NCBI GenBank assembly: GCA_951406725.2 | Contig: OX597827.1 | Span: 48,174,001 to 48,238,000, forward strand | Reading direction: 5' to 3' | DNA: 64,000 nt | Origin: Octopus vulgaris | Lineage: Eukaryota | Shown: in pieces, positions 41,901 through 54,227 of the stretch | Position numbering within the stretch: position 1 is the first letter of the stretch | Layout: each line of letters starts with the position of its first letter | Made by a program: the position numbers and the translations under genes | The notes under the pieces: generated by a model | The model's database searches: none | The model's input: only the letters and a program-made list of their open reading frames with translations | What the model was told of the DNA's origin: nothing

Positions 41901-41924
41901 AACTGAGTTTTCTGGTAATAGACA

Positions 41925-42148
41925 CTTTTACACGTTTACTTGCTTCAGTCATTTGACAGTGGAGATGCTGGAGCACCGCCTTTAGACGAGCAAATCGACC
42001 CCAGGACGTATTCTTTCTAAGCCTAGTACTTATTCTATTGGTCCGTTTTGCCGAACCACTAAGTTACGGGGACGTAAACACACCAGCATCGGTTGTCAAG
42101 CCATGTTGGGGGGACAAACACAGACACACAAACACACATATATATATT

Positions 42149-42203
<55 letters not shown>

Positions 42204-42366
42204 GACGGGATTCTTTCAGTTCCTGTCTAGGAAATCCACTCACAAGGCTTTGGTCGGTCTGAGGCTATAGTAGAACACACTTGCCGAATGTGCCACGCAG
42301 TGGGACTGAACCCGGAACCATGTGGTTGGTAAGCAAGCTATTTACCACACAGCCACTCCTACGCCT
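41925..42366 (-). mobile_element. CORE-like SINE
   Basis: Reverse complement of the 37923 element with an expanded internal (TA)n. Confidence 0.9.
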
Positions 42367-43674
42367 AAATATAAATACACTAGATATAAATACATAAAAC
42401 ATTAATTACGTTAGGTATTGTGATGTTTGCGGAATAAAAAAAAATGTCTTTTTTTATGTGAGAGATTTTGAGAGCGATGGTTTATATGTATGTTGATGTT
42501 CGCTAACCTAATGCAGATTTAGAAAGTGATTTACGTTCTGAACATTCATTCACATAATATATGTATTGTGTTTTATTCTTACTTTTAGCATCGATATACA
42601 GAATAATGTTTTGAGGACGCACGAATCATTCGTAATTTCAAGTTGTATGTGGACAATAGAAATAATATTTTCATAACAGATATAAAATCGTGTACAGGAA
42701 AGGAGATGCAGAAAAATGGCGTTCACATAATAAGAACGACAATAACAGGGGAGCATTGACATGATGTTAAACACTTGATGATAATTGTAAGTTTTGAAAA
42801 GTTAATGGATGTACTTTATTTATTGATGGAAAGCAGCGACAGGTGGGGATACAGAAATAAACGGCTGTATCTATAAAATAACATTGTCAAAATATTCAGA
42901 CAACAACACTGTATACAGAAATACTCTGCCACAACACACAAACATATATGTACGTGTATGTGTGTACGTGTATTTAAATACACACACGCAGAGATAGCCA
43001 CACACGTATTTGAATATAAACACAAACATGATTCCATGGAATCATCTTGTATTAAGAAAAAGCACAGTGTTTTAGTTATTCTAAGTTTTATTCTGTTTTT
43101 CTCATAGAAGTGCATAAGTACCTTGCAAAATATTTCGAACTGTAGAAATTTCAAATCCAATATTTCCTTCACACTTTTGCTGCACTTCCTGCATGTTAGC
43201 TACTTTCTTAGAATGTCAAAGGGACGAATTTTGACATCACGACTGGAAGTTAAAATTCAATACTGAATTAAACAAACAGGTCCCGCAAAAAAAAAAAAGA
43301 AAAATCGACTGATGCAGTATAAGGTTACGGAAAAACACACGCACACATTTACAAATTATTTGGGCTTGTGTTACAGGCGTGGCCGTGCTTCAATGTTTGT
43401 TTTTCTGATATTATTCGCAACCGGTGTTGGTTTATTAGCGTCCATCAGCATAGTGTTTCATCAAAGTAAGTCGACGGAGCAAGTATCCGATATAATCTGG
43501 CATATTTTGATCACAAAGAAAATTAATGAAGAAAACATGATTATACAGAGGCAAAACAGAAGTAAATAGACACGTCCTTACACATTATTTTATGCTTATT
43601 TTAACTTTAAAAGGGATACATATTTTATCTATTGACATTGTTATCGTTTAGGTTCTATATGTGACTGTTTAATC

Positions 43675-44165
43675 ATGCTACGGACAAGTGAATTCTTGGA
43701 ACTTTCCGAATTTGAAAGAGGCCGTATTGCGGGTCTATCTGAAGAAAAACCTTAGTATCACGATGTCTACAGTTAATAGAATGATTGTGCAATTCACCAG
43801 AGAGGAGGAGTCCTAGTTAACTCTCCCAGGTCTACCAGGGCCCTGTGATAGGACACCTCACTTCCTTAAGAGAAGTGTGGAGGATAACCATCGTAGCAAG
43901 GCTTCTTATTTAGCAGATCTCAGTCGACGTCAGTCTCAAAACAGCTCTCAGGTATCTCCACACACTTGGCTACAATGGCAGAGCAGCAAGAAGGATGCGA
44001 CATCTTTGAGCAGCCAATATCAGGAGAAATATTTGGGCCAGTGGGATGGTGGAAAGACCACAAGCATTTTGGGACACTGTCATATTCTCTGATGAATCCA
44101 GATTTACTATAGTTAATGACACTAGACGAGTGTGGGTCTGGAGATTCTGTGATCAAAAATATGAC
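43675..44165 (+). mobile_element. Tc1 transposase remnant (N-terminal half)
   Basis: MLRTSEFLELSEFERGRIAGLSE..STVNRMIVQF..FWDTVIFSDESRFTIVNDTRRVWVWR (LSxFERGRI and WxxVIFSDESRF motifs); frameshifts. Confidence 0.9.
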
Positions 44166-44437
44166 GTTAAAGGTAAATATCAGTTAAATTTTTTCACTAA
44201 TGTAGTGCCTAGGAATCTTCATCTTCAAGTAATACTGGTAACCATGAGAAGTTGAAAACGGTTATGATATTGGAAGTAGATTTTCTTGAAGAGAATTGTC
44301 AACCACTTTACATTTCTCGATATCCATGTAAACATAGTCTGTTGTGGGTGTACATTCGTGAAAAAGAGATGAATAGGTGGATGAAGTGATGGATACTTGA
44401 GCGTGATTGTGTGCGTGTGCATGTATATATATATATC

Positions 44438-44556
44438 ACCATGAACCCCGTGACCGACCAGGCTATCAGATGTTGCTACACATCGCTGGTCACGATGCGT
44501 TTCGCATTGTTTTAGCCTTCAAATGACGCCACCCCGCTGGCTAAACGAGCAGGCCA
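44438..44556 (-). repeat. Structured dispersed repeat fragment (possible SINE tail)
   Basis: Also present at 22141; cgtgacc/ggtcacg stem enclosing a gatgt/acatc hairpin. Confidence 0.6.
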
Positions 44557-44560
44557 TATG

Positions 44561-44669
<109 letters not shown>

Positions 44670-44809
44670 ATACACAGATAGACAGATAAATAAATCTCAA
44701 GAAATTGCCAAAACTATTTGAAAGCTAACTTATAAAAGTTTTAATAATTTCAAGATTAAATAAACATTAATGTTAACATCTCAGTTATTTAATTAACTTA
44801 ATCTTGAAA

Positions 44810-44940
44810 ATGATCATTATCATAATGATGATGAGCATGATGGGGATCATGCTGACGAACATAAAACTCATCATCATCATCATCATCTTCAGCCTCCTCC
44901 TCAACATCATCATCATCAGCATTAATATAATTATAATTAC

Positions 44941-45000
<60 letters not shown>
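44810..45000. repeat. (ATC)n/(ATT)n trinucleotide tract
   Basis: Seen directly. Confidence 0.9.
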
Positions 45001-45308
45001 CTCTCGTGGAGTTGAATTATATAATGACTCTAGATAAGGAGCTAACAAGATATTTTTTTAATATGATTACGAAGAAACCAGAGAAAATATGTAACAGGCT
45101 TACTCAGACGTAAAACTATCTGAATATCAAAGAATGAAGAGACGTCAGTGATTTAAAAGCAGATACTACAAACAACCTCACTATTTCTTGAGACTTTAAC
45201 GTATTGATGATGATTTTATTCCAGAAAGGTTGCCTGGTATATCAAATATATATGTATGTATGTATGTATGTAAGTATGTAAGTATGTATGTATCTATGTA
45301 TGTATGTA

Positions 45309-45387
<79 letters not shown>

Positions 45388-45426
45388 TACAAATATATAT
45401 ATATATATATATAATTAAATACAAAT

Positions 45427-45465
<39 letters not shown>

Positions 45466-45502
45466 TACAAATAGATATATATCTATATATATATATATAT
45501 AT

Positions 45503-46424
45503 AATTAAATACAAAATGGGACAAGGACACAAGAAGTCCGGACAACTAGATGGTACAAAAAGGGACAACAAAACATCCAGATAGACGATACAAAAAAACA
45601 CGGACAGGTCATTCGAAGCCTTTTCTCTTCAGTCAAGAACCGTATCATCCTCGCAATTTCGGCTGATTAATCTTGAGATTGCTCCAATCTGGCCAGCCCC
45701 AAGGTAAAACTAAGCTAAGAGTATTAGATTCCATGGAAAAAATCATCGGATGTATACGAAAACAAGGACGGTAAAATAGACGATGTTACACGAATATGAA
45801 TACAAAAATACAATAAAAATAACAATAATAATAATAATAACAATAACAGGACGCAATAACAGGCGTCTTTCCACTGGGGACGAATTGAATTCAGCTGGTG
45901 TGTGTGGAAATGAAGCCTTACGGCGGAGGGAAGAATTTCGATGTGGCAGTGACCGTGGTCAGACGCAAAAGGGCTATCAGTCGGCCAATGAGCCACATGA
46001 GAAGAGACGAGAAAGAAAAAGAGGAACAAAGGAATTAAGGAGAGGGAGAAGAGAGAGAGAGAGAGAGAGTGTGTGTAGAAGTAGATAGACGGAAGAATCA
46101 AGGAATGGCGAAAAAAAAGAGAGACAGGGACATAGTGAAGTGAAAAGTGAGTAAGAAAGGTAAAGTAATGTGAGAGAGGGGGAGGAGAAAGAGTTGAAAA
46201 AGTCGTACAAAATTTTGTGAAATGTGTACTTACATATAAGAGAACAAAGTGTACGTACGCCGCTATATATATATATATAATAAAATACAAAATGGGACAA
46301 GAATGCAAAGCATCCGAACAACTAGGTGATGCAAAAAGGGACTACAAAACATAGACGATACAAAAAAGACAAGGACGAGTCATTCGAAGCCTTTTATTTT
46401 CAGTCAAGAACCGGATCATCCTCG

Positions 46425-46427
<3 letters not shown>
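45503..46427 (-). mobile_element. Partial-tandem element with ~150-bp terminal direct repeats (PLE pseudo-LTR-like)
   Basis: 45503-45657 repeated at about 46278-46427; minus strand carries CTGAAGA-GAA aaggc TTC-GAAT-GAC ct GTC; flanked by (TA)n. Confidence 0.6.
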
Positions 46428-46471
<44 letters not shown>

Positions 46472-46552
46472 GAGAGAGAGTGAGTGTGCGTGTTGTTTGA
46501 TGATGTGTACAGATATTGTATATTGAGAAAAAGGAAGAAATCAGAATGTTGG

Positions 46553-46677
46553 ATAATCCATCAAAAGCGCTTTCGTTCGTTTACGAACCCAATACAAAAT
46601 CAAAATCGAATCGGACCATTTTGATTTTGATTTTCTGCTGAGTTCGTAAACAAACGAAAGTGCTAATAATGGATTAT
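46553..46677. ncRNA. Palindrome made of two head-to-head minimal HHR motifs
   Basis: About 55-bp arms; right arm ATTTT-CTGCTGA-GTTCG taaa CAAAC-GAAA GTGC T A-ATAAT (46630-46670); left arm (minus) GTTCG taaa CGAAC-GAAA GCGC TT. Confidence 0.6.
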
Positions 46678-46716
46678 ATAAAATTCTCACTGCCTCCTTT
46701 TTTGCAATATATACAA

Positions 46717-46884
46717 TAGGCGTACGAGTGGCTGTGTGGTAAGCAGCTTTCTTGCGAACCACATGGTTTCTGGTTCAGTCCCACTGCGTGGCACCTTGGG
46801 CAAATGTCTTCTACTATAACCTCGGGCCGACCAAAGCCTTGTGAGTGGATTTGGTAGACGGAAACTGAAAGGAGGCCGTCGTAT
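46717..46884 (+). mobile_element. CORE-like SINE 5' half
   Basis: High similarity to 37923-38082. Confidence 0.9.
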
Positions 46885-47071
46885 ATATATATCTATATCT
46901 GTGTGTGTGTGTAGAATATGAGGGGCTTAGTTCACTGGTGATCTAAATGTATATGCACGCTGAGCAAGTGCTGTAATTGTTCGTCCGTTAAGTTCCAAAT
47001 GTACAGCTGATGCTGGAGCTAGGAATCCGTATTAGGCTTCCATATTATCAGGTATAGTTCACATTAGAAGA

Positions 47072-47730
47072 AACAAGATAGCAAAAAGCAAGACAGGACG
47101 AGTATTTCAAGTCTTTTAGAACACTTTAATTAGGGAAAGGTGAATTTGAAGTCTGATCCCAAATAGTAGGCTAGCATATCTGTACACCGTATAGACTGTA
47201 TATCAGAGACAAGGTGAGTAGGTATGAAAGTTATAGAAGGGAATTTCACAGTTTATAAAGAATAGAACAATATAGAATAAGGAGGACAATTAAATGGAAG
47301 AATACAGAAAGAAGAATAAATTTCACCGTTCATCTTTTTTCCAGTGTGGTCTTTAACCGCTTCATCATGAATGCATAATTCAAGATAATGCCACAATACT
47401 GCGTGGATTTACCTGGGATTATATCTAAGAGCCTATACCTTTTTCCATACCGTCTGGAAAATGATGAACAATGAACTTTATTATCCTGTCTGTATTCTAT
47501 CTACTTGTTTTCTTTATATTTCTACTTTATTTCTTGTAAACTTTACCTGTGAAATATTTTCATAGAATTTACCTGTCAAATACTTTCATAGATATTCACC
47601 TTGACTCTTATGATGGAATGCTCTGTGTACGGACATGCTAGCCTATCACTTGGGACATCCCAAAAAGTGCTCTAAGACTTCAAATTCACCTTATAATTTG
47701 AAATACTCGGTCTGCTTTGTTTTTTCTTGT
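47072..47730. mobile_element. Old foldback element with ~270-bp imperfect inverted arms
   Basis: Matching blocks agtatttcaa/ttgaaatact, ggtgaatttgaagtct/agacttcaaattcacc and taggctagcat/atgctagccta; spacer about 47345-47453. Confidence 0.75.
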
Positions 47731-47742
47731 CATTTTCCCTCT

Positions 47743-47833
<91 letters not shown>

Positions 47834-47930
47834 CATATTCTATAAGTGGAGATTCCAAAAACAAAGGCCCTTGCGGCTCACATACACAAAACCGGAGTGG
47901 CAAATATACGAATTCAGTCACTTACCGTTA

Positions 47931-48002
47931 ATAGCGAACACGGTGTTTCTGGATCACAAACATATAAAAAAAGGGGAGTTTGAATTCCTTCTTCAGCGCT
48001 AT
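47931..48002 (-). ncRNA. Type I hammerhead ribozyme motif, copy 1
   Basis: Reverse complement of the motif at 49020-49091. Confidence 0.7.
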
Positions 48003-48484
48003 ATTCGTTAGCTTTATCAAATGCCACCAGCCCTCACTTCTGACCCAGCGACATCAGATAGTGGGGGAAGTGCGCAGATGCTAAAACCAAGTAACGACTG
48101 GGCACGTAAATTTTCCCTCCAAAATTCTGCCATGCGCGCCTTCTGGGTAATCGTAATGGAATGAGGAATCCACATGGTAATACAATAAAAATGGTAAATA
48201 ATTTTCCTGTGGTTTTTCATGTAACCAACAATTATTTACCGGTAAATTTCGGTATGTAAATACGACAAAATAATTGTCAAGACCTTTGTAAGGTTCAGTA
48301 TATAGTAAAGAAAAATAAGTTGGCTAGCAGCGAGCTGTTTCGCCTCATACCGAAGGAATTAGAAATGGCAGTCCAAGACCGTTTTTTCCATTTCTATAAG
48401 TGGAGATTCCAAAAACGAAGGCCCTTGCGGCTCACATACACAAAACCGGAGTGGCAAATATACGAATTCAGTCACTTACCGTTA

Positions 48485-48556
48485 ATAGCGAACACGGTGT
48501 TTCTGGATCACAAACATATAAAAAAAGGGGAGTTTGAATTCCTTCTTCAGCGCTAT
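48485..48556 (-). ncRNA. Type I hammerhead ribozyme motif, copy 2
   Basis: Identical to copy 1, offset 554 bp. Confidence 0.7.
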
Positions 48557-49019
48557 ATTCGTTAGCTTTATCAAATGCCACCAGCCCTCACTTCTGACCC
48601 AGCGACATCAGATAGTGGGGGAAGTGCGCAGATGCTAAAACCAAGTAACGACTGGGAACATAAATTTTCCCTCCGAGGCGAAACAGCTCGCTGCTAGCCA
48701 ACTTATTTTTCTTTACTATATACTGAACCTTACAAAGGTCTTGACAATTATTTTGTCGTATTTACATACCGAAATTTACCGGTAAATAATTGTTGGTTAC
48801 ATGAAAAACCACAGGAAAATTATTTACCATTTTTATTGTATTACCATGTGGATTCCTCATTCCATTACGATTACCCAGAAGGTGCGCATGGCAGAATTTT
48901 GGAGGGAAAATTTACGTTCCCAGTCGTTACTTGGGGTTAGCATCTGCGCACTTCCCCCCACTATCTGATGTCGCTGGGTCAGAAGTGAGGGCTGGTGGCA
49001 TTTGATAAAGCTAACGAAT

Positions 49020-49091
49020 ATAGCGCTGAAGAAGGAATTCAAACTCCCCTTTTTTTATATGTTTGTGATCCAGAAACACCGTGTTCGCTAT
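49020..49091 (+). ncRNA. Type I hammerhead ribozyme motif, copy 3
   Basis: Stem I ATAGCG/CGCTAT; core CTGAAGA (49026-49032); stem II GGA..CAAAC/GTTTG..TCC; GAAA (49073-49076); stem III ACAC-c-GTGT; predicted GUU cleavage after 49085. Confidence 0.7.
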
Positions 49092-49287
49092 TAACGGTAA
49101 GTGACTGAATTCGTATATTTGCCACTCCGGTTTTGTGTATGTGAGCCGCAAGGGCCTTCGTTTTTGGAATCTCCACTTATAGAAATGGAAAAAACGGTCT
49201 TGGACTGCCATTTCTAATTCCTTCGGTATGAGGCGAAACAGCTCGCTGCTAGCCAACTTATTTTTCTTTACTATATACATACATAGG

Positions 49288-49347
<60 letters not shown>

Positions 49348-49719
49348 CAGACAGAGATATATAAATAGGAGCGCGCATGAAACGCATTTGTACCGTAAAT
49401 AATTATCACGAATTTATCAAGACTTGGGCGAAGAGAACATTAACAGTAAATAAGTTTGTCACAAGAGAATTCAGTTACATTAAATACACCATAGGGAGAT
49501 GGAAAATTGTTGTTCTGATATACAAAAGAAGAATTTATTGCACAAAACTGAATCTCTATTAGAAGAATATGTGTGTATAGGAGTCCATATCAGAAAATGT
49601 TTTCTGTCGCGTGCGCATCGAATAAACACATTAACATAAAATATATTGGACTCGAATACAAATGCTATGAGAGAGGCATCGACCATTATATATGTCTGCA
49701 TGTCTGTGTATACATACCT

Positions 49720-49820
49720 CCATGCATACATACATACATACATACATACATACATGCATACATGCATGCATGCATGCATGCATGCATGCATGCATGCATG
49801 CATACATACATGCATACATA
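49720..49820. repeat. (CATA)n grading into palindromic (CATG)n
   Basis: Seen directly. Confidence 0.9.
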
Positions 49821-51030
49821 CATATATTCATACATACAAGCATGCATACATACGTATATACATAAATACATACTTAGATACACCCACAATGACCCATATA
49901 TATATATATATATACTTGTGTAAAGAACAACACAACCTCGTGCCGATTCTATACAAATGTACCGGAGAAATAGACATGATTCTCGGTGAACAAAAACACA
50001 GACAACCATGAAAAGAGGAAAATTAATTAACATCTATGATAAAAGAGAATTACACCAAACACAATCACTCACGAGTGAATGATCGCAATGAAATAGAACA
50101 GACAAAAAAGAGAAAAGTTTATAGAATTGTATAAAACCATTACATTATATAAGAAAACAGTTAAATTCCAGTATGTGAAACTATTTGCATGAATAGTCTA
50201 TTTTTAGTATTAAGTTATAGTTAGAGTGTTCATAATTGAAAGCTAAATGAATTAGTAAGATTAGATAGAATAACAAGTAAAATTAGTTATTGCATTTACA
50301 AATATTGTTCTAAGTTTGAAATCAAAAATATAATCTTTTAGTCTCACAAAGATATTGAATTAGACGTACACGAATGTAATAAAAAAAAGTGAAATATTAA
50401 AATATTAAAAGCCATAAAACAAAGGGAAAAAATGTTTTCCATTTTCGAGCAAACTAACAATTAAGTAGCTTAGACGGAACTGAGAGACATTTGTCAGAAA
50501 TACGCAATGGCAGCATAAAATGATAAACAAAACGAAAGACTTGCGTATAATTTCAATTCCAGTTTCAATACCTATGTACATACACATGCGTATATTATGT
50601 GTTTATGTGTGAATAATTATACCGTTAATAATCTACAATAATATCAGTGGCTAAAATGCGTAAAAGAAGCATAAAGGCGAAATTAGTCATTAATATTGAA
50701 GGGTACCACTGGCAGCACCAACGTGCTAAAAATAGAAGTCAAAACGACTAAAAGCCACAGTTTCCACTTGTATACAAGGACGAAATCGAGAGAAGGTGCA
50801 GTAAAATTTCAAGACTTAGTCCTGTAGACGCACAGAATCAAAAAGTCGAAAATGAAACTCAGAATTTCGATATTGAGGTTAAGGAAAAATGTATCGAAAA
50901 TAGGTCACGTGTCTGCGGAGCACGTGCACCCCTTATAGATACCAGGCATCATCAGTGATACTTACTAAACATTGTTGTAACAATTCCAGGAAATCCAGGA
51001 TGGACGTTGTCTATATATTAATGATAAATA

Positions 51031-51254
51031 GAGATGGAATGTACCAAGAAGGAAAAAGAGAATTATTACCACAACAAATGTTTCAACTTCAAGATGCCCT
51101 GCTCCAGGTGAGATTATCCCACCTGAGGAGTCCTCTATGCTCTGTGCGTTGCATCTGGTGTTATTGCATCGTTCCAGGGCCACAAGGGCGCAGTGAATCT
51201 TGAAGATGGAACAACTGTTGTGGTAATATAAATATTTTCGTAGGTATATTCCGT

Positions 51255-51256
<2 letters not shown>
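51031..51256. mobile_element. Head-to-head inverted pair of HHR-bearing fragments (decayed)
   Basis: Centre caggtg..cacctg; plus arm ccac-CTGAGGA-..gaagat-GGAAC aac TGT T-gtgg; minus arm ..gaagtt-GAAAC att TGT T-gtggtaat. Confidence 0.55.
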
Positions 51257-51302
<46 letters not shown>

Positions 51303-51319
51303 TGTCTGTGTGTGTGCTC

Positions 51320-51672
51320 AACATGTACTTATTTCTGTACCCTAAAAGGATGAAAGTTGAATTCGAAATCGGTGGGATTTGAATTTACAACCTAAAGGCA
51401 GGCTAAATGTTGTTAAGCGCTTTTACGATTTGCATGTTAACGATACTGCCAACTCAATAATGATAATAGTAATCCTTTCTACTTAAACGTAAAGGCAGTA
51501 TTTTTTTCTTGGTGGGGGTGAGGACTAGTCGATTACATCAACCGCACTGATTCACTAGTACTTGATGTATCGACTCCGAAAGGATGAAAGGCAAAGTCAA
51601 CCTCGCGGAATCTAAACTTATTACGAAAAGACGGACGAAATGCCGCTAAGCATTTTTCACGGCGTGCTAACT
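51320..51672 (-). mobile_element. Two diverged Meta-domain-like SINE copies
   Basis: aaaggatgaaag..gggatttgaa and ccgaaaggatgaaaggcaaagtcaacctcg..gacgaaatgccgctaagcattt. Confidence 0.7.
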
Positions 51673-52581
51673 TAATGATACTTATAATAAATGAAACGAA
51701 ATAACAGTGTGCTGAATAGAGGGAGTCAAAAGACAGAAAACAAAGGAAAACTAGAATTTTTAACCAGCAACAATGTCCGTGATATACCACGCAAAGTCAT
51801 GATTAGTGCAGTGCTCGCAAACATATCTATTTATATCGATGGATGGAATAACATTAAAGATATTTTTAAAATGGCTGAACTTCTGAAGGATAACTATGAG
51901 AATATAAGAAATACACCAAGTAATTAATGCAACGTTAGTATCTTTTCTCACATAAGTAACTCATTACAAATGCTTGAAACAATAGCGTATTTGCCACCGC
52001 ACATAGAAATACTGTGCAAGAACATCTCAAACGAACACTGTAGCGAAGCGAGTTCCTAACGCCATACTCAAAGATGGAAGTCGTATCGATTTTTCCATGT
52101 TTAGAAACAGAACAGCTGGGAGATAGCTAACGAAACATGTAATGTGTCCATGAACACAAATAAGCCAGAATTAGATGAAAATGATGTCAGTTAAAATAAG
52201 CAATCAGAATTTACTCCCGAGTCTTGCAAGTTTAAGACAAAATGATAAGTAGATCAGAGATGAATACCTCTCTAATCTACATTATCTGCTGCAAGAAAAT
52301 CCTAGCAAAATAATGGCAATAATACAGCATATAAATGCATGAAATGATGCATACATTTACATACATATGCACAGGTTCGGGGGCACACGCACACACACAG
52401 GTGCACACACAAATATACACACAGACACATACATACATATATATATATATATGTACATATACATATAGTTATTTATATCTCTATATAGGGATGTATATTA
52501 TATTTCTCTATATATACTATTTATTTATATATATATTCGTATTCATATATATAATATATATGTAAACATATCATATATATA

Positions 52582-52612
<31 letters not shown>

Positions 52613-52638
52613 CGCATACACATATACATAAATGTATA

Positions 52639-52681
<43 letters not shown>

Positions 52682-52709
52682 GTTATCTGGAAAGAAAATA
52701 ACCCTCATG

Positions 52710-52743
<34 letters not shown>

Positions 52744-53894
52744 TTATGCATTCCCTGTAAAGGAAATAAACCTCATGTAAAAATGGCTTTGGATCCGAAA
52801 AGACTAGTATATTTAAGAAGATGCAATCTCGGAACCAAAAATGGGATTAGATAGAACACCTAAAATATAAAGTGGTAATAAAAATACGAAGGAACTTAAA
52901 TTTAAGAATCGAGAATAAACAATATGTAATTGAAGCAAAAAAAAAACATTCGAATCGTGAAAACGATTTATGTAACGCACGCAAGACATTAAAAGAAACA
53001 ACGGAGCATGTGATATATCAAAAACAGATACATCTATAAAATATTGCTGAACAAAAGACAAACGAGAGCACAAAAGAAAAACGATCGTATGAACAAAATG
53101 GAAAGCGGAAAGAAGGTTCTTGAATACAAAAATACAAAATTGTAAAAACGAAAAAACTAAATATATACAATGTTCTAAAGTCGGATGTTTTTAATGAGTT
53201 AATATCGATAGATATATTTAAGCAGAGAAAGACTCTGTTCAGAAGTATGGAATTTAACAATACAATACTAATAACAAAATGAAAACCTGAAAATAGATAA
53301 ATGAAATTTGTTTGGGAAATGAGTATTGCTAGGATAGAATAAATATTTAACAGCCAAAACATATTGACTGGAACATGGGGACTTTTATAGATTTACTCAT
53401 GCGGGATTAACGAAACCCAAAGAAACATTTTTGAAAATAAAGCAAAATGCAAGTTAAAAATTTATAGAAATTTTTCTTGCATTATTTAATATAATCGATA
53501 AAAAAAATGATACATTTCAAAAACAGATTTAGATGTAAATACATAAATACGGAGAATATATATTTACTTGAGTATTATACAAATTTAAGAACGAATGTAA
53601 AAAATTGGGTTTATTTTAATCCAAGAAGGTATTAGGGAAATAATGATAGCTTTTCTTGCCGATATATTAATTTCACGAGGGCGATTCGGATTGAGGAAGA
53701 ATTATTGTCAATCATTGCTTATATTCCAGCGTGGATTCGTATTAATTGAATCATAGCACATTGTACACGAAGGTGGAATTAACACAAAATGCTAACTGCG
53801 TGTATAGGTATTTTTCAACAATGCGTGTGTATCTATAGTTAGATAGATATATGCATTATGAATTATATATTTTCATATAAACTTATATCAGCTG

Positions 53895-54227
53895 AGACAC
53901 CCTCCGGTCATGACTGACCGTGGGATTGCACGTACAAAGTTACCCTCCCAGGCACAAGTCCGGGCAAGCTTGTTTATGGAAGACCAGCAGTCGCCCATGC
54001 ATATCACCCTCCCCTCTCCACACCACCAGTGTTATCCAAGGGAAAGGCAAAGGCCGATACAGCTTGGCACTTGTGACATGGCAACTCATTTCTACAGCTG
54101 AGTGAACTGGGGCAACGTGAAATAAAGAGTCTTGTTCAAGAATACACCATACGGCCCGGTCTGAGATACGAACTCCCAACCTCACGATGGTAAACTCGAC
54201 GCTCAAACCACTGAGCCATGCGCCTTC
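53895..54227 (-). mobile_element. tRNA(Arg)-derived SINE
   Basis: Collinear with 15331-15670. Confidence 0.9.

Larger units (their letters stand above)
47838..49278. mobile_element. Young 554-bp-unit tandem + inverted array carrying hammerhead ribozymes (retrozyme / PLE pseudo-LTR-like)
   Basis: 47838-48674 is about 1.5 units (period 554); 48675-49278 is about 1.1 units in the opposite orientation; only a handful of substitutions; embedded in microsatellites. Confidence 0.85.

Noticed and set aside
45200-45240. TTGATGA..GAAA-GG ttg CCT hammerhead-like motif
   Set aside because: Cleavage position would be G and stem I does not pair.
45381-45520. CRISPR-like repeat-spacer array
   Set aside because: Spacers are (TA)n, the context is eukaryotic and there are no cas genes.
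48320-48565. 81-aa ORF repeated in the 554-bp array (also 49011-49409)
   Set aside because: TTG start, antisense to the ribozyme strand, no recognisable domain; repeated only because the DNA is repeated.
50695-50936. Possible MITE with aagggt../..accccTT ends
   Set aside because: Terminal complementarity is too short and no clear TSD.
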